DNA of 64,000 nucleotides from Candidatus Latescibacterota bacterium (lineage in GTDB: Bacteria; Latescibacterota; UBA2968; UBA8231): assembly GCA_965204725.1 (NCBI GenBank), contig OZ242005.1, forward strand, positions 2,720,001 through 2,784,000. The letters run 5' to 3'. Positions 55,483-64,000 of this stretch are shown piece by piece. The notes under the pieces were generated by a model. It saw only the letters and a list, made by a program, of their open reading frames with translations, was not told where the DNA came from and ran no database searches. A program made the translations under genes and the position numbers. Within the stretch, counting starts at the first letter, position 1; each line of letters opens with the position of its first letter.

Positions 55483-56365
55483 CGGTAGAAGTAGAGCGAG
55501 CCTGCTGGTAGAGCAAACCGGCGACGATGAGCGCAAGGCCCGCTAGGGTCGCCCGGTGGATCGCCTCGCCGAGCACAAAGTGAATCAGCACCAGCGAGCA
55601 GAACGGGGAGATGAAGATCAGGTTGCTGACCTTGGCGGTGTTTTCCGCGTAGCGCAGCGCCCACTGCCACAGGACGTACGTAATCCCCATCTCAAAGAGG
55701 CCGATGTAAGCCGCCCCGACCAGACCCGGCCAAGCCGGGACCTGCCACTGCCCCATCAGCAGGACGCAACCGAACGCCAGCGGCAGCGACAGGGCAAAAT
55801 TGAGAAAGAGCCGCACTATGGGATCGCGGCGATCGCGGGTGTTGTAGAGCCAATAGAAGGCCCATACCACCGTGCTGCCCAGCGCCAAGGCGACCCCGAG
55901 TGAATCGGAAAAGCGCAAGGTCCAGACCTCGCCGCGCGTGGAGACGACTAGGACGCCGGCATAGCAGACCACGCCCGCGATTAGATCGCGCCGGCCGATT
56001 CGCTGGCCCAACAGCGGGATGGAAAGCCAAGTCAGGGTGAGTGCCCAAGTATAATTGAGTGCCTGCGCCTCTTGGGCGGGCAGCAGTTGGTAGGCTTTGA
56101 AGAGGATCAGATAATAGAGCAGGGGGTTTAACGCGCCCAGCGCCAGCGAGCGAGCGCAGTCGGCCGGCCGGCTCCTGAGCACCTGTCCCATTTTCCCCTG
56201 CGCGACGAGCAATGCTCCCTGCGCCCCGGTCGAAGCGCAACTCGCCCACAACAAAAGATCGGCGTAGTCCATATAGCGGAGGGTGATCTTAAACGCCGAC
56301 GCCACGGTGGACCACAGCAACACTGCGGCCAATCCGCACAGATACGCCCGTTTCTGGTCGGTCAC
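55451..56365 (-). CDS. DMT/EamA family transporter
   Basis: WSTVASAFK, LNP.LYY.ILFKAY.LLPAQEAQ, FEMGIT, NLIFISP. Confidence 0.9.
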   Translation of the reverse strand: MTDQKRAYLCGLAAVLLWSTVASAFKITLRYMDYADLLLWASCASTGAQGALLVAQGKMGQVLRSRPADCARSLALGALNPLLYYLILFKAYQLLPAQEAQALNYTWALTLTWLSIPLLGQRIGRRDLIAGVVCYAGVLVVSTRGEVWTLRFSDSLGVALALGSTVVWAFYWLYNTRDRRDPIVRLFLNFALSLPLAFGCVLLMGQWQVPAWPGLVGAAYIGLFEMGITYVLWQWALRYAENTAKVSNLIFISPFCSLVLIHFVLGEAIHRATLAGLALIVAGLLYQQARSTSTARPRSARNTE

Positions 56366-56376
56366 CGTGCGCTCCG

Positions 56377-57762
56377 CTAAAACTGGGTGACCTGCTTGGG
56401 GCCAATATCTACGGCTTGGGCCAGCGCGTCGAAGTTTTGCTTGAGCAGCGCGAAGCGCACGGCTGAATAGGCAGGGTCGTCCCAGCGGTTGTCGAACTCC
56501 CCGGGGTCTTCCGCTAGGTCAAACAGCTCGCCTTGGGCGCGGTCGTGGTAGCAGACCAGTTTGTAGCGTTGGTCGCGGATCATCGTGCCGTAGGTGCCTT
56601 GGAGATGCTCCCGGCCCGGCGCGTCCGGGTTGAGGGCGCGGTAGTACTCGCTACGGACGTAGGCGCGGTGCGTCTGGGTTTGGCCGGTCAGCAGCGGCCA
56701 CAGGGAGCGGCCCTGCATTCGGTCGGGGGCCGTCACTCCGGCCAGTTCGAGCAAGGTCGGGGCCAAGTCTATCAGCTCGACCAGCGCATCGCAGACGCGC
56801 CCCTCCGGGATGCGGCTCGGCCAAGAGCAGATTAGGGGCACCCGCACCAAGCACTCGTAAAATCGGCATCCCTTGCCCACGAGCTGGTGATCGCCCAGCA
56901 ACTCGCCGTGATCCGAAGTGAAAATCACGAGGGTGTTCTCGCGCTGGCCGCTTTCTTCTAGTGCTCGGATCACGCGCCCCACATTGTCGTCGATCAATTC
57001 AATCATCGCGTAGTACGCCGCCATGACCTCCTTGGCTTTGGCCAAGCCAATAGACGCGGCCCCATCGACCGGCCCCAGCTTCGCATGGGCTTGGAGATCC
57101 TTTTCGCTCCACAGCGGATCGGGCAGGGCCGCTGGATCGTAGCGGTCCAAATACGCCTGCGGCGGGTCGAAGGGTGCGTGCGGGTCGAACATGTTGACGC
57201 TCATTAGCCAAGGCGTAGTCCGCTCCTCGCAGATAAACTCAATGGCTTGGTTGGCACACCAAGTCGTCTGGTGCAGGGCCGGTGGGATCTGGGCTGGGTC
57301 TTCGCGCAACTCGGCCAAGGGGCGGCCTTGGGCGCGCACCCAATCGGCGTACGCATGCCCTTCGGGCCACTGGTCGCGTGAGTCGTGGCTCCAGTGGAAG
57401 ACGCGATAGCCGTCGTCGCCGCGCGGCTCGATCCGGCCGTGGGCCCCGGCTAGGTGCAACTTGCCGGCTAGGCCGCAGTCGTAGGACGCGGCGTCGGCCA
57501 GCAGCTTGGTGACCAGCGGGGCCGCGCCCGCCCAATAGGCATTGCCATTGGTGCAGCCGTGGACGCTGCTCGGATACATGCCGGTGAGAAAGCTGGCGCG
57601 GCTGGGGGTGCAGATTGGGCTTTGGCAGAAGGCGTGGGTAAAAGCGGTGCCCTCGCCGACTAGGCGGTCAATGTTCGGCGTATTTATGTGCTCGTTGCCG
57701 AGGGCGCCAATCGTATCGTAGCGCTGCTGATCAGTGCAAATCCAGAGAATGTTCGGACGCAT
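56377..57762 (-). CDS. Sulfatase (formylglycine-dependent)
   Basis: RPNILWICTDQQR, CTPSR, GKLH, DPHAPF, TSDHG. Confidence 0.93.
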   Translation of the reverse strand: MRPNILWICTDQQRYDTIGALGNEHINTPNIDRLVGEGTAFTHAFCQSPICTPSRASFLTGMYPSSVHGCTNGNAYWAGAAPLVTKLLADAASYDCGLAGKLHLAGAHGRIEPRGDDGYRVFHWSHDSRDQWPEGHAYADWVRAQGRPLAELREDPAQIPPALHQTTWCANQAIEFICEERTTPWLMSVNMFDPHAPFDPPQAYLDRYDPAALPDPLWSEKDLQAHAKLGPVDGAASIGLAKAKEVMAAYYAMIELIDDNVGRVIRALEESGQRENTLVIFTSDHGELLGDHQLVGKGCRFYECLVRVPLICSWPSRIPEGRVCDALVELIDLAPTLLELAGVTAPDRMQGRSLWPLLTGQTQTHRAYVRSEYYRALNPDAPGREHLQGTYGTMIRDQRYKLVCYHDRAQGELFDLAEDPGEFDNRWDDPAYSAVRFALLKQNFDALAQAVDIGPKQVTQF

Positions 57763-57841
57763 GGTTTTGTCTCCCATCCGGTCGGCCGCAACTTTTAGCT
57801 CGCGATCCCACCGCTCAAGCGGGTGCTTGCCAAGGCTTGGC

Positions 57842-58837
57842 TCAACCCGCAATAAGCCCGGTCCCGCGCAGCAAGGTTTCCTGCACCAGAAGCTCGTGGT
57901 CGAGCGTCCGGTCAGGTGCTTGCTCGCCCTTGAGCACTCTTATAAGGGACGCCAATTCGAGTTCGTAGAGCCTCTGCCGCGAAATCCCCGCAAAAGGCAC
58001 CGTCTGTACGCCCTGCGCGTACCCGTCGGCGGCCTCGGTTAGGCAGAGCCGAATGGCGTGGCCCGGCTCAAAAGGCTCGAGCAGAATCGCACTGCCGCGC
58101 TCGCCATAGACCTCAAAGCGCCGGGCCATTGGTTGCGGCTCCATCGCCGCAATATCGACCCAAGCCATGGCTCGCTCGTATTCAAAAACCCCGAGCGTAT
58201 TGTCCTGAAACGCGGGCACGATTCCGGTGTCGTTCCGCAGAAAGGTCGTTGCTTTCTCTGGCCGCCCCAAAATCCACACCACTTGGTCGAGCATGTGCCC
58301 GGCCAAATCGTAGAAGATGCCGCCGTGGTGCCCGGCGGCGATTACTGTGCGCCCGGCTGGGGTGATGTTGGTGGACATGTGGGCGCGCACCGAATAGACA
58401 TGGCCCAAAAACCCCGCCCGCGCCCACTCCGCGATCTGGCTGAAGCCGGGATGGTAGCGCAGCATAAAGCCCATTTGCACTTGCAGGTCGGCGGCCCGCG
58501 CCTGTGCTACGACCCGCTGCCATTGTGCCCAATCGTCCCCGGCTGGCTTGTCGTACCACACGTGCTTGCCCGCTTGAACGATGCGCTCGGTCTGGTCCAA
58601 GCTCTCGTCGTTGCGGCCTTCGGAGGCCACAGCCGCAATGGAGCTATCGCCGAGCAGCGCTTCCTCGCTATCCAAGAAGCGGACCTGCCGATAGGGTTCG
58701 TCGCTGGCAACTTGCTGGCGACGCTCGGCATCGGGTTCGTACAGGCCGACGACCTCGACCTCGGGGTTGTCGAGCATGGCCTTGAGTTTGCCAGCGGCGT
58801 GCCCGTGCTTGGTGCCGTATTGCGCCATGCGGATCAT
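57842..58837 (-). CDS. Gfo/Idh/MocA family oxidoreductase
   Basis: AGKHVWYDKP, QMGFMLRY, GG.FYDLAGHMLD. Confidence 0.9.
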   Translation of the reverse strand: MIRMAQYGTKHGHAAGKLKAMLDNPEVEVVGLYEPDAERRQQVASDEPYRQVRFLDSEEALLGDSSIAAVASEGRNDESLDQTERIVQAGKHVWYDKPAGDDWAQWQRVVAQARAADLQVQMGFMLRYHPGFSQIAEWARAGFLGHVYSVRAHMSTNITPAGRTVIAAGHHGGIFYDLAGHMLDQVVWILGRPEKATTFLRNDTGIVPAFQDNTLGVFEYERAMAWVDIAAMEPQPMARRFEVYGERGSAILLEPFEPGHAIRLCLTEAADGYAQGVQTVPFAGISRQRLYELELASLIRVLKGEQAPDRTLDHELLVQETLLRGTGLIAG

Positions 58838-58895
58838 AGGGTCTCCTCGCGGAAAAGGTGGAATCAAAACTCGAACAAACTTTGGAAATCGTCAT

Positions 58896-58919
58896 AATCT
58901 CTTGTTTTTACAAGAGATT
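58896..58919. promoter_or_regulatory. Perfect 10-bp inverted repeat (operator-like)
   Basis: AATCTCTTGT-TTTT-ACAAGAGATT upstream of the Gfo/Idh/MocA gene. Confidence 0.45.
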
Positions 58920-58991
58920 CTCACATCCGTGACGTCGCTTCCCGCCCAAAATCAAAACCCGATCAAAAAATCGCGATCAGCGCGAGGCCTG

Positions 58992-59018
58992 CGGTCTCCC
59001 CACGCGTACGGGGAACAT
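58992..59018 (-). CRISPR. Solitary degenerate type I-E-like CRISPR repeat (no array)
   Basis: Minus strand ATGTTCCCCGTACGCGTGGGGAGACCG resembles I-E repeats (GTGTTCCCC-N7-GGGGATxAACCG) and is preceded by an AT-rich leader-like tract. Confidence 0.5.
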
Positions 59019-59107
59019 TTTATTGAATATAAATACAAGTTTCCGCAGAATCCCCGAAACCACGCGGCGTCTTGCCCCAAAACGCCAGCAGGCGAGCGGC
59101 TTCCATC

Positions 59108-59875
59108 TCAGCGGCCCATCCACCCGCCATCAACCACTACAATCGCGCCATGCACGTAGTCGGACGCTGGCGACGACAGCCACACCACCGCGCCTTTTAA
59201 GTCGTCCGGTGTACCCCACCGGCCCGCTGGAATCCTCACCAGTAGCTGCTCGTTGCGCACGGGATCGTCGCGCAGGGCTTGGTTGTTGTCGGTGGCGATA
59301 TAGCCGGGGGCAATGGCATTGACGTTGACCCCGCGACCAGCCCATTCGTTGGCCAGTGCCATCGTCAACTGCCCGATCCCGCCCTTGGCCGCGGCATAGC
59401 CCGGCACGGTGATCCCGCCTTGGAAGGTCAGCACCGAAGCGGTAAAGACGATCTTGCCCCGGCCGCGGGACAGCATCTGCTTGCCGAATTCCCGCGCCAG
59501 CACGAATTGCGCGTTTAAGTTGACCTCGATGACGTGGTCCCAGTCTTCGTCTGAGTGTTCGTCGGCCGGGGCGCGCCGAATCGTACCGGCGTTGTTGATG
59601 AGGATGTCGATCGGGCCGACCTCGGCGTTGACCTGCTCGACGAAGGCGTGGAGTGCCGCCCGGTCGCCGAAATCGCAGGCATAGCCCTTGAAGCGCTGGC
59701 CGCGTGCGGCAATGTCTTTGCCGACCGCGGAGTCTGCTTCGAGCGACGCACTGACGCCGACGATATCCGCCCCGGCCTCGGCCAATGCTTGCGCGAACCC
59801 GCGTCCAATGCCGCGGCGACATCCGGTGACCAGCGCCGTCTGGCCGTCGAGCTTAAAAAGATCCAAGATGCTCAT
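59108..59875 (-). CDS. kduD: 2-dehydro-3-deoxy-D-gluconate 5-dehydrogenase (SDR)
   Basis: VTGCRRGIG, NNAGTIRR, FQGGITVPGYAAAKGG, NAIAPGYIATDN, RIPAGRWG. Confidence 0.88.
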   Translation of the reverse strand: MSILDLFKLDGQTALVTGCRRGIGRGFAQALAEAGADIVGVSASLEADSAVGKDIAARGQRFKGYACDFGDRAALHAFVEQVNAEVGPIDILINNAGTIRRAPADEHSDEDWDHVIEVNLNAQFVLAREFGKQMLSRGRGKIVFTASVLTFQGGITVPGYAAAKGGIGQLTMALANEWAGRGVNVNAIAPGYIATDNNQALRDDPVRNEQLLVRIPAGRWGTPDDLKGAVVWLSSPASDYVHGAIVVVDGGWMGR

Positions 59876-59889
59876 GCTATTCCTTTGAG

Positions 59890-60007
59890 TATCGATTGCT
59901 CTTGGCATGCCCGTTTCGGTAGTTCTGGCCGAGTTCATTTCCGCTTCTACCCAAGTTCGTACAAAGTCGAAATCGGCTACATTGGGCCGCACTTACCGCT
60001 CCCCTAA
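59890..60007 (+). pseudogene. C-terminal remnant of a RelE-like/defence-associated hypothetical protein
   Basis: DCSWHARFGSSGRVHFRF....VEIGYIGPHLP*, with no start, on the strand opposite its neighbours. Confidence 0.6.
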
Positions 60008-61470
60008 TCCATCTTGTGCGGATAATCCCGCTCCCATCCCGCCGCCCCGAACGCCTTATCGGACCACAGCGAGCCACTCTCCGAAGCGTACACCAAGTTG
60101 TAGTCGTGCGAGGTCTGGACGGAGCGCATGACCTCGCGCCAGAGCGCGGCGTCCAAGCGCCGGTATTCGGCTGCGTGCGACGCGGATGCGGCGAGATTGT
60201 GCTGTTCTTGGGGGTCTTCCTGCAAATCGAAAAGCCCGGCCGCGCCGTTGCCGTATTTGACCAGCTTGTGGCGTCCGTCGTAGGCCATCCAGCCGGACTG
60301 CAAGCCGCCGACTAGCAGGTCGCGCGGCGCATCGCCGGCCAAGCCCAACCCGGGCAGGGGCCTAGCATCCATGTACTCTGGTACGCCGTGGCCAGACGAG
60401 GCGAGCAGGGTGGCGGTGACGTCCGTGAGGCAAACCAAATCGTCGCACACCGCGCCAGCGGCCCCGCTCGGTGGGCGAACCAGCATGGGCACATGGCAAC
60501 TGCCTTCGTAGAAGTTGCCCTTGGCATTTACGCCGTGATCGCCCACTAGATCGCCGTGGTCGGAGGAAAAAACGACGAGGGTATTGTCGAGACGACCGCT
60601 TTCCTCCAAGGCCGCGAGGATGCGGCCGACTTCGTGGTCTATCTGCAAGATGAGGGCCGAATAGTGGGCGCGCACCTTGCGCTTTTGTTCCTCGGTGTAG
60701 GGGCCTTGGGTCTCTGGAGTCCATATCGGCACACCCGGCCGACGCGGGGGATGGAGGCCCGTGCGGATGTCGCGGTGAATGGGGTCGCCGGGCGCGGGAT
60801 CGGGAATTTTATCAACATCGACTTGGGCTAAAAACTCCGCCGTGGGGTCGTAGGGGTCGTGCGGTCCGGGAAAGCCCACCATGCAGGCGAAGGGCCGCTC
60901 GTCGTCGTACTCGCGGATGAAGCGAGCCGCTGCCTCGCCGACGAAGTAATCCCAATAGCAATCCCAAGGCAAAAGCGACACGCAAGCCCCGCGCTGCTCG
61001 TCGTAGCCTACGTGCTCCTTGCCCATGTACTTGCGGTGGCCGCGCTGTTGCAAGTAGTGCCAGTAGTCGTCTTGGATGTTGACCCACACTTTGTCTTCGC
61101 AGGCGATGCGATGTTGGAAGCCAAAAGAGGCGTCCCAAGGATAGAAGTGCATCTTGCCGATGGCCGAGGTGAGGTAGCCGTGGTCGGTCAACATCTCCGC
61201 CCAAGTGCGGATGCCGCACGCCGCGTGATCCGGGCGCAGGTAATTGCCGTTGGTCAGCACGTGGGTGCGCCAAGCGTTGAGGCCGGTGAGCAGCGAACAA
61301 CGCGCCGGCACACAGACCGGGTGCAAGCTATACGCGCGGTCGTAGCGGATCCCCTCGGCGGCAATGCGGTCGATGTTGGGCGTGGAAATGTGAGGGGCGC
61401 CGTAACAACCGAGAAAGTCGTGGCGCATCTGGTCGGGCATGATGAATAATAGGTTGGGTCGGTCGCTCAT
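60004..61470 (-). CDS. Sulfatase (formylglycine-dependent)
   Basis: RPNLLFIMPDQ, CVPAR, GKMH, GPHDPY, SSDHG. Confidence 0.93.
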   Translation of the reverse strand: MSDRPNLLFIMPDQMRHDFLGCYGAPHISTPNIDRIAAEGIRYDRAYSLHPVCVPARCSLLTGLNAWRTHVLTNGNYLRPDHAACGIRTWAEMLTDHGYLTSAIGKMHFYPWDASFGFQHRIACEDKVWVNIQDDYWHYLQQRGHRKYMGKEHVGYDEQRGACVSLLPWDCYWDYFVGEAAARFIREYDDERPFACMVGFPGPHDPYDPTAEFLAQVDVDKIPDPAPGDPIHRDIRTGLHPPRRPGVPIWTPETQGPYTEEQKRKVRAHYSALILQIDHEVGRILAALEESGRLDNTLVVFSSDHGDLVGDHGVNAKGNFYEGSCHVPMLVRPPSGAAGAVCDDLVCLTDVTATLLASSGHGVPEYMDARPLPGLGLAGDAPRDLLVGGLQSGWMAYDGRHKLVKYGNGAAGLFDLQEDPQEQHNLAASASHAAEYRRLDAALWREVMRSVQTSHDYNLVYASESGSLWSDKAFGAAGWERDYPHKMD

Positions 61471-61515
61471 GGTCTTATTCCGTCCGTTAGGGTGTTTTCG
61501 CGTAATACTGGGAGA

Positions 61516-62916
61516 TTAACCCGCTGGGCCAAGATCAGCAAGTACCAGCCGTTTGAACAGGTCGCCGCGCTCGGCGTAACTGGCAAACTGATCGAAGCTG
61601 GCGCAGGCCGGCGAAAGCAGCACCACGTCGCCGGTTTGCGCCCAGCGCCGAGCGGTGGCGAGGGCTTGGGGTAAGTCGCGGCAGAAATGGGCGATCTCGC
61701 CCGCACCCGCCCGCTCAACGGACGCGGCAATGCGCGGGGCCTCTTGGCCGATCAGCAGCGCGGCGCGCACCCGGCCCGCGGCAATCGCAGCACCCAAGGC
61801 GCTGAAGTCGGCCCCTTTTGAAGCGCCGCCCGCAATCAGCAGCAAGGGCGCGTCAAAGGCGCGGAGGGCCGCACAGGCCGCATCGACCGTCGTGGCCAGC
61901 GAGTCGTTGTAATAGGTGACGCCGGCGCGCTCGGCCACGTATTCGAGGCGGTGGGGCAGGCCCGTAAAGGCGCGGAGGGCCGCGGCAAAGCGGGTCGGTG
62001 GCGCGCCAAAAGCCAAAGCACCGGCTACGGCCGCGACCGCGTTGGTCCAATTGTGTTGGCCCCGGAGCGGCAAGTCGGCTACGGGGCAAATGGCTGTGGG
62101 CCGCGCCCCGGGCCGGCCGGCCCACAACTGGCCGTTGGCAATCCACGCGCCCGGTGCGCTCGGGGCGGTTGCGCTAAAGGCCCAAAGGGCGGCTGAACTC
62201 TCGGCGGCAAAGGCCCGGGCCGTGGGGCAGTCCCGATGGACAATGAGAATATCGCCGGGCGTTTGGTCGCGGCACACGGGTTTTTTAGCGGCGACGTATT
62301 CGGCGCGGTCCGCGTGGTAGTCAAGGTGGTCCTCAGCGATGGAGAGCACCACGGCGATGTGGGGGCTTTGGTCGAGGTCTTGCAGTTGAAAGCTGGACAG
62401 CTCTAGGACCACGCGGTCAGTCGGCTGCAACTCGTCGATGAATTCGAGCGGCGGCCGGCCGATGTTGCCGCCACTAAACACCCGGGCGGCGGGGTCGGTC
62501 GCCAAGAGCGCGTGTAGCAGCGCAGTCGTGGTGCCTTTGCCCTTGGTGCCGGTGACGCCGAGTACGGGCGCGGGGCATAGCTGTAAAAAGAGCCGAGTCT
62601 GGCTCGATATTTCAACGCCGCAACGCCGCGCAGCGTGTAGGCGCGGGTGCAGCGTCGGCAGGCCCGGGGTGCGGAACAGCAAGTCGAAGTCGGTGAGGTC
62701 GTCGAGGTAGTGTGCGCCAATGCGCCATTGTTGGACGCCCGCCACCGGCATGGTCGGGGCTTGCGCATCGCACACGGAAAAGGAGATCTGGTGCGCGTGG
62801 AGAAAGCGGGCTAGGGCGCGGTTTTCTACGCCGAGGCCGAGGAGGGCAATGCGCCGCTGGTCTAGGCGTTGGATCGCGCTTGACTGTTGGGGGCGTGGAG
62901 ATTTTTTTAGCACCAT
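61516..62916 (-). CDS. murD: UDP-N-acetylmuramoyl-L-alanine--D-glutamate ligase
   Basis: GVTGTKGKGTT, GGNIG, LELSSFQL, DHLDYH, HRLE, NDS.AT, LLSPACASFDQF..Y.ERG. Confidence 0.95.
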   Translation of the reverse strand: MVLKKSPRPQQSSAIQRLDQRRIALLGLGVENRALARFLHAHQISFSVCDAQAPTMPVAGVQQWRIGAHYLDDLTDFDLLFRTPGLPTLHPRLHAARRCGVEISSQTRLFLQLCPAPVLGVTGTKGKGTTTALLHALLATDPAARVFSGGNIGRPPLEFIDELQPTDRVVLELSSFQLQDLDQSPHIAVVLSIAEDHLDYHADRAEYVAAKKPVCRDQTPGDILIVHRDCPTARAFAAESSAALWAFSATAPSAPGAWIANGQLWAGRPGARPTAICPVADLPLRGQHNWTNAVAAVAGALAFGAPPTRFAAALRAFTGLPHRLEYVAERAGVTYYNDSLATTVDAACAALRAFDAPLLLIAGGASKGADFSALGAAIAAGRVRAALLIGQEAPRIAASVERAGAGEIAHFCRDLPQALATARRWAQTGDVVLLSPACASFDQFASYAERGDLFKRLVLADLGPAG

Positions 62917-62937
62917 TGAAATCGCAATACGCGCTTT

Positions 62938-63075
62938 GCTTACTACACGACACCAGCCGCTATCCTTCCAAGGATCGAGGGCATCTTGCCCTTGTCGAGG
63001 GCGGGACGCCCTCGATCCCGGATTCATCGGGAGCACCAGAAAAGGCGTATTCAACGTAAGTGTCGTGTACTAAGC
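62938..63075. repeat. Nested inverted-repeat element (REP/MITE-like or structured RNA)
   Basis: Outer 16-bp IR with 15/16 match (62938-62953 / 63060-63075) enclosing hairpin GGATCGAGGGC...GCCCTCGATCC (62972-63018). Confidence 0.65.
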
Positions 63076-63123
63076 GCGCTTTGATTAAACGAATGGCCGT
63101 AAATTAACGAGCGAGAAGGTGCT

Positions 63124-63501
63124 GTGGCTGTAACAATTATGCGTACGGTGCGGCCTAGTCCGCAATGGCAAGACAGCTTGATCCGCCTAGAGAGCGGCCA
63201 ACGGGTCGTGGTTGATGCCGAAGAAACGTGGTCGCCGGACATGCGCAATCAAATCGCGTGGTGCGGCGCCGATGGCGTGTACAACCTGCCGGCAGAATCG
63301 GGATACCTATTGCCGGGGGCGAATGTCGGCGCGCTCTTGGGCCGCATTGGCGACAACGGGCCGGTCTTTGCCCTAGGCAGCCGCTGCGATTTTATCGCCG
63401 ACCGCGCCGGCATCCTGCATTTAGCCATGAACGAAAACCCGAGCTTCAACAATCAAGCCGGCAAAATCGTCGCCCAAATCATCGTCTTTAGCAAACCATG
63501 A
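63124..63501 (+). CDS. LecA/PA-IL-like lectin domain protein
   Basis: WQDS.I.L..GQ.V.V.A..TWS, GADG, GALLGRIG, G.L.LAMNE....NN.AG follow the PA-IL pattern. Start could be 63139. Confidence 0.7.
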   Translation: MAVTIMRTVRPSPQWQDSLIRLESGQRVVVDAEETWSPDMRNQIAWCGADGVYNLPAESGYLLPGANVGALLGRIGDNGPVFALGSRCDFIADRAGILHLAMNENPSFNNQAGKIVAQIIVFSKP

Positions 63502-64000
63502 TCCGCGCCAGCCGTGCGGTCGTTCCGCTTGCCGAAGGGGTCTGGCGCGTTGAGGACGCCGATGGCCGCAAAATAGTGGTCAAGCATCAGCTCTTTGGCC
63601 GGCTGACCCGCGACCGAGCCTACGATTTGCTCGAAGTCGAGCGCGAAGTGCTCGACATACTGCGCGCGGCCGAATGTCCGGTGCCGGCCTTCCTCGGCGC
63701 GGACCCAGACGCCCAGTGCATCTTCTTGCAATGGGTGGGCGATCGCCTGCTCGACGATGCCATTCAGGACGGCGACCACGCGGCGACGATGCCGGCCATC
63801 CGCGGGTTGTGCGCCATTGAGCGCGCCTGCGCCCAACGCGCCGACCAGCTAGCGCGGCGGGTCGTGCCGAGCGCCAACCGCGCTGCCCTCGCCGCCGCAT
63901 GGGACGAGGCCGGGGCGCGGGCACACGCTGGCTTTGAGCAGTTGTGCGGCCGTCTCCAGCGGCCTGTGGACGCGGGGATGCAGCCGCTGCTCGAAGCCAT
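63498..64000 (+). CDS. Aminoglycoside phosphotransferase/kinase-like protein (partial, runs off window)
   Basis: ATGA-coupled; VWRVEDADGRKIVVK, E.EVL..L...ECPVP.FLG.D, IFLQWVG match an APH N-lobe. Confidence 0.7.
   Translation, partial: MIRASRAVVPLAEGVWRVEDADGRKIVVKHQLFGRLTRDRAYDLLEVEREVLDILRAAECPVPAFLGADPDAQCIFLQWVGDRLLDDAIQDGDHAATMPAIRGLCAIERACAQRADQLARRVVPSANRAALAAAWDEAGARAHAGFEQLCGRLQRPVDAGMQPLLEA

Noticed and set aside
58880-59107. True CRISPR array
   Set aside because: Only one recognisable repeat, no regular spacing, and no cas genes in the window.
62938-63075. Firm call as SRP RNA, 6S RNA or tRNA
   Set aside because: No SRP GGAA loop motif, no cloverleaf and no typical 6S gene context; kept only as an unassigned structured element.

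Overview
GC-rich bacterial chromosomal window with about 50 CDS and no rRNA, tRNA, transposase or integrase that I could find. Gene content (three sulfatases, two PhyH dioxygenases, sugar-acid catabolism, an ankyrin fusion, many defence genes, FlgD/CHU_C-tailed secreted proteins, a C-terminal WGRIK motif) suggests a Ca. Latescibacterota-like, possibly sponge-associated organism (inference). The best candidate for an undescribed system lies at ~34.7-55.5 kb. It is a divergent locus with a WGRIK-tailed CBM9/DOMON-like protein, three paralogous secreted NPFTPNGDG-tailed proteins (a fourth at 22.1-24.6 kb), a large Asp-rich beta-barrel-like protein, a DUF6785 membrane protein, a PPIase and a sugar ABC transporter. 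Both arms are headed by an inverted pair of small coiled-coil/TM genes. Other highlights are an atypical P450 + ankyrin-acyltransferase + MpaB/Lcp-oxygenase operon and tandem MNT-HEPN copies differing mainly in one ~70-bp window. There are also several defence relics (internally deleted REase, lone type I-E-like CRISPR repeat, toxin-like C-terminal fragment), a LecA-like lectin, a ~140-nt nested inverted-repeat element and an apparent window-wide loss of CCWGG. All family calls are from motif recognition, not database searches.
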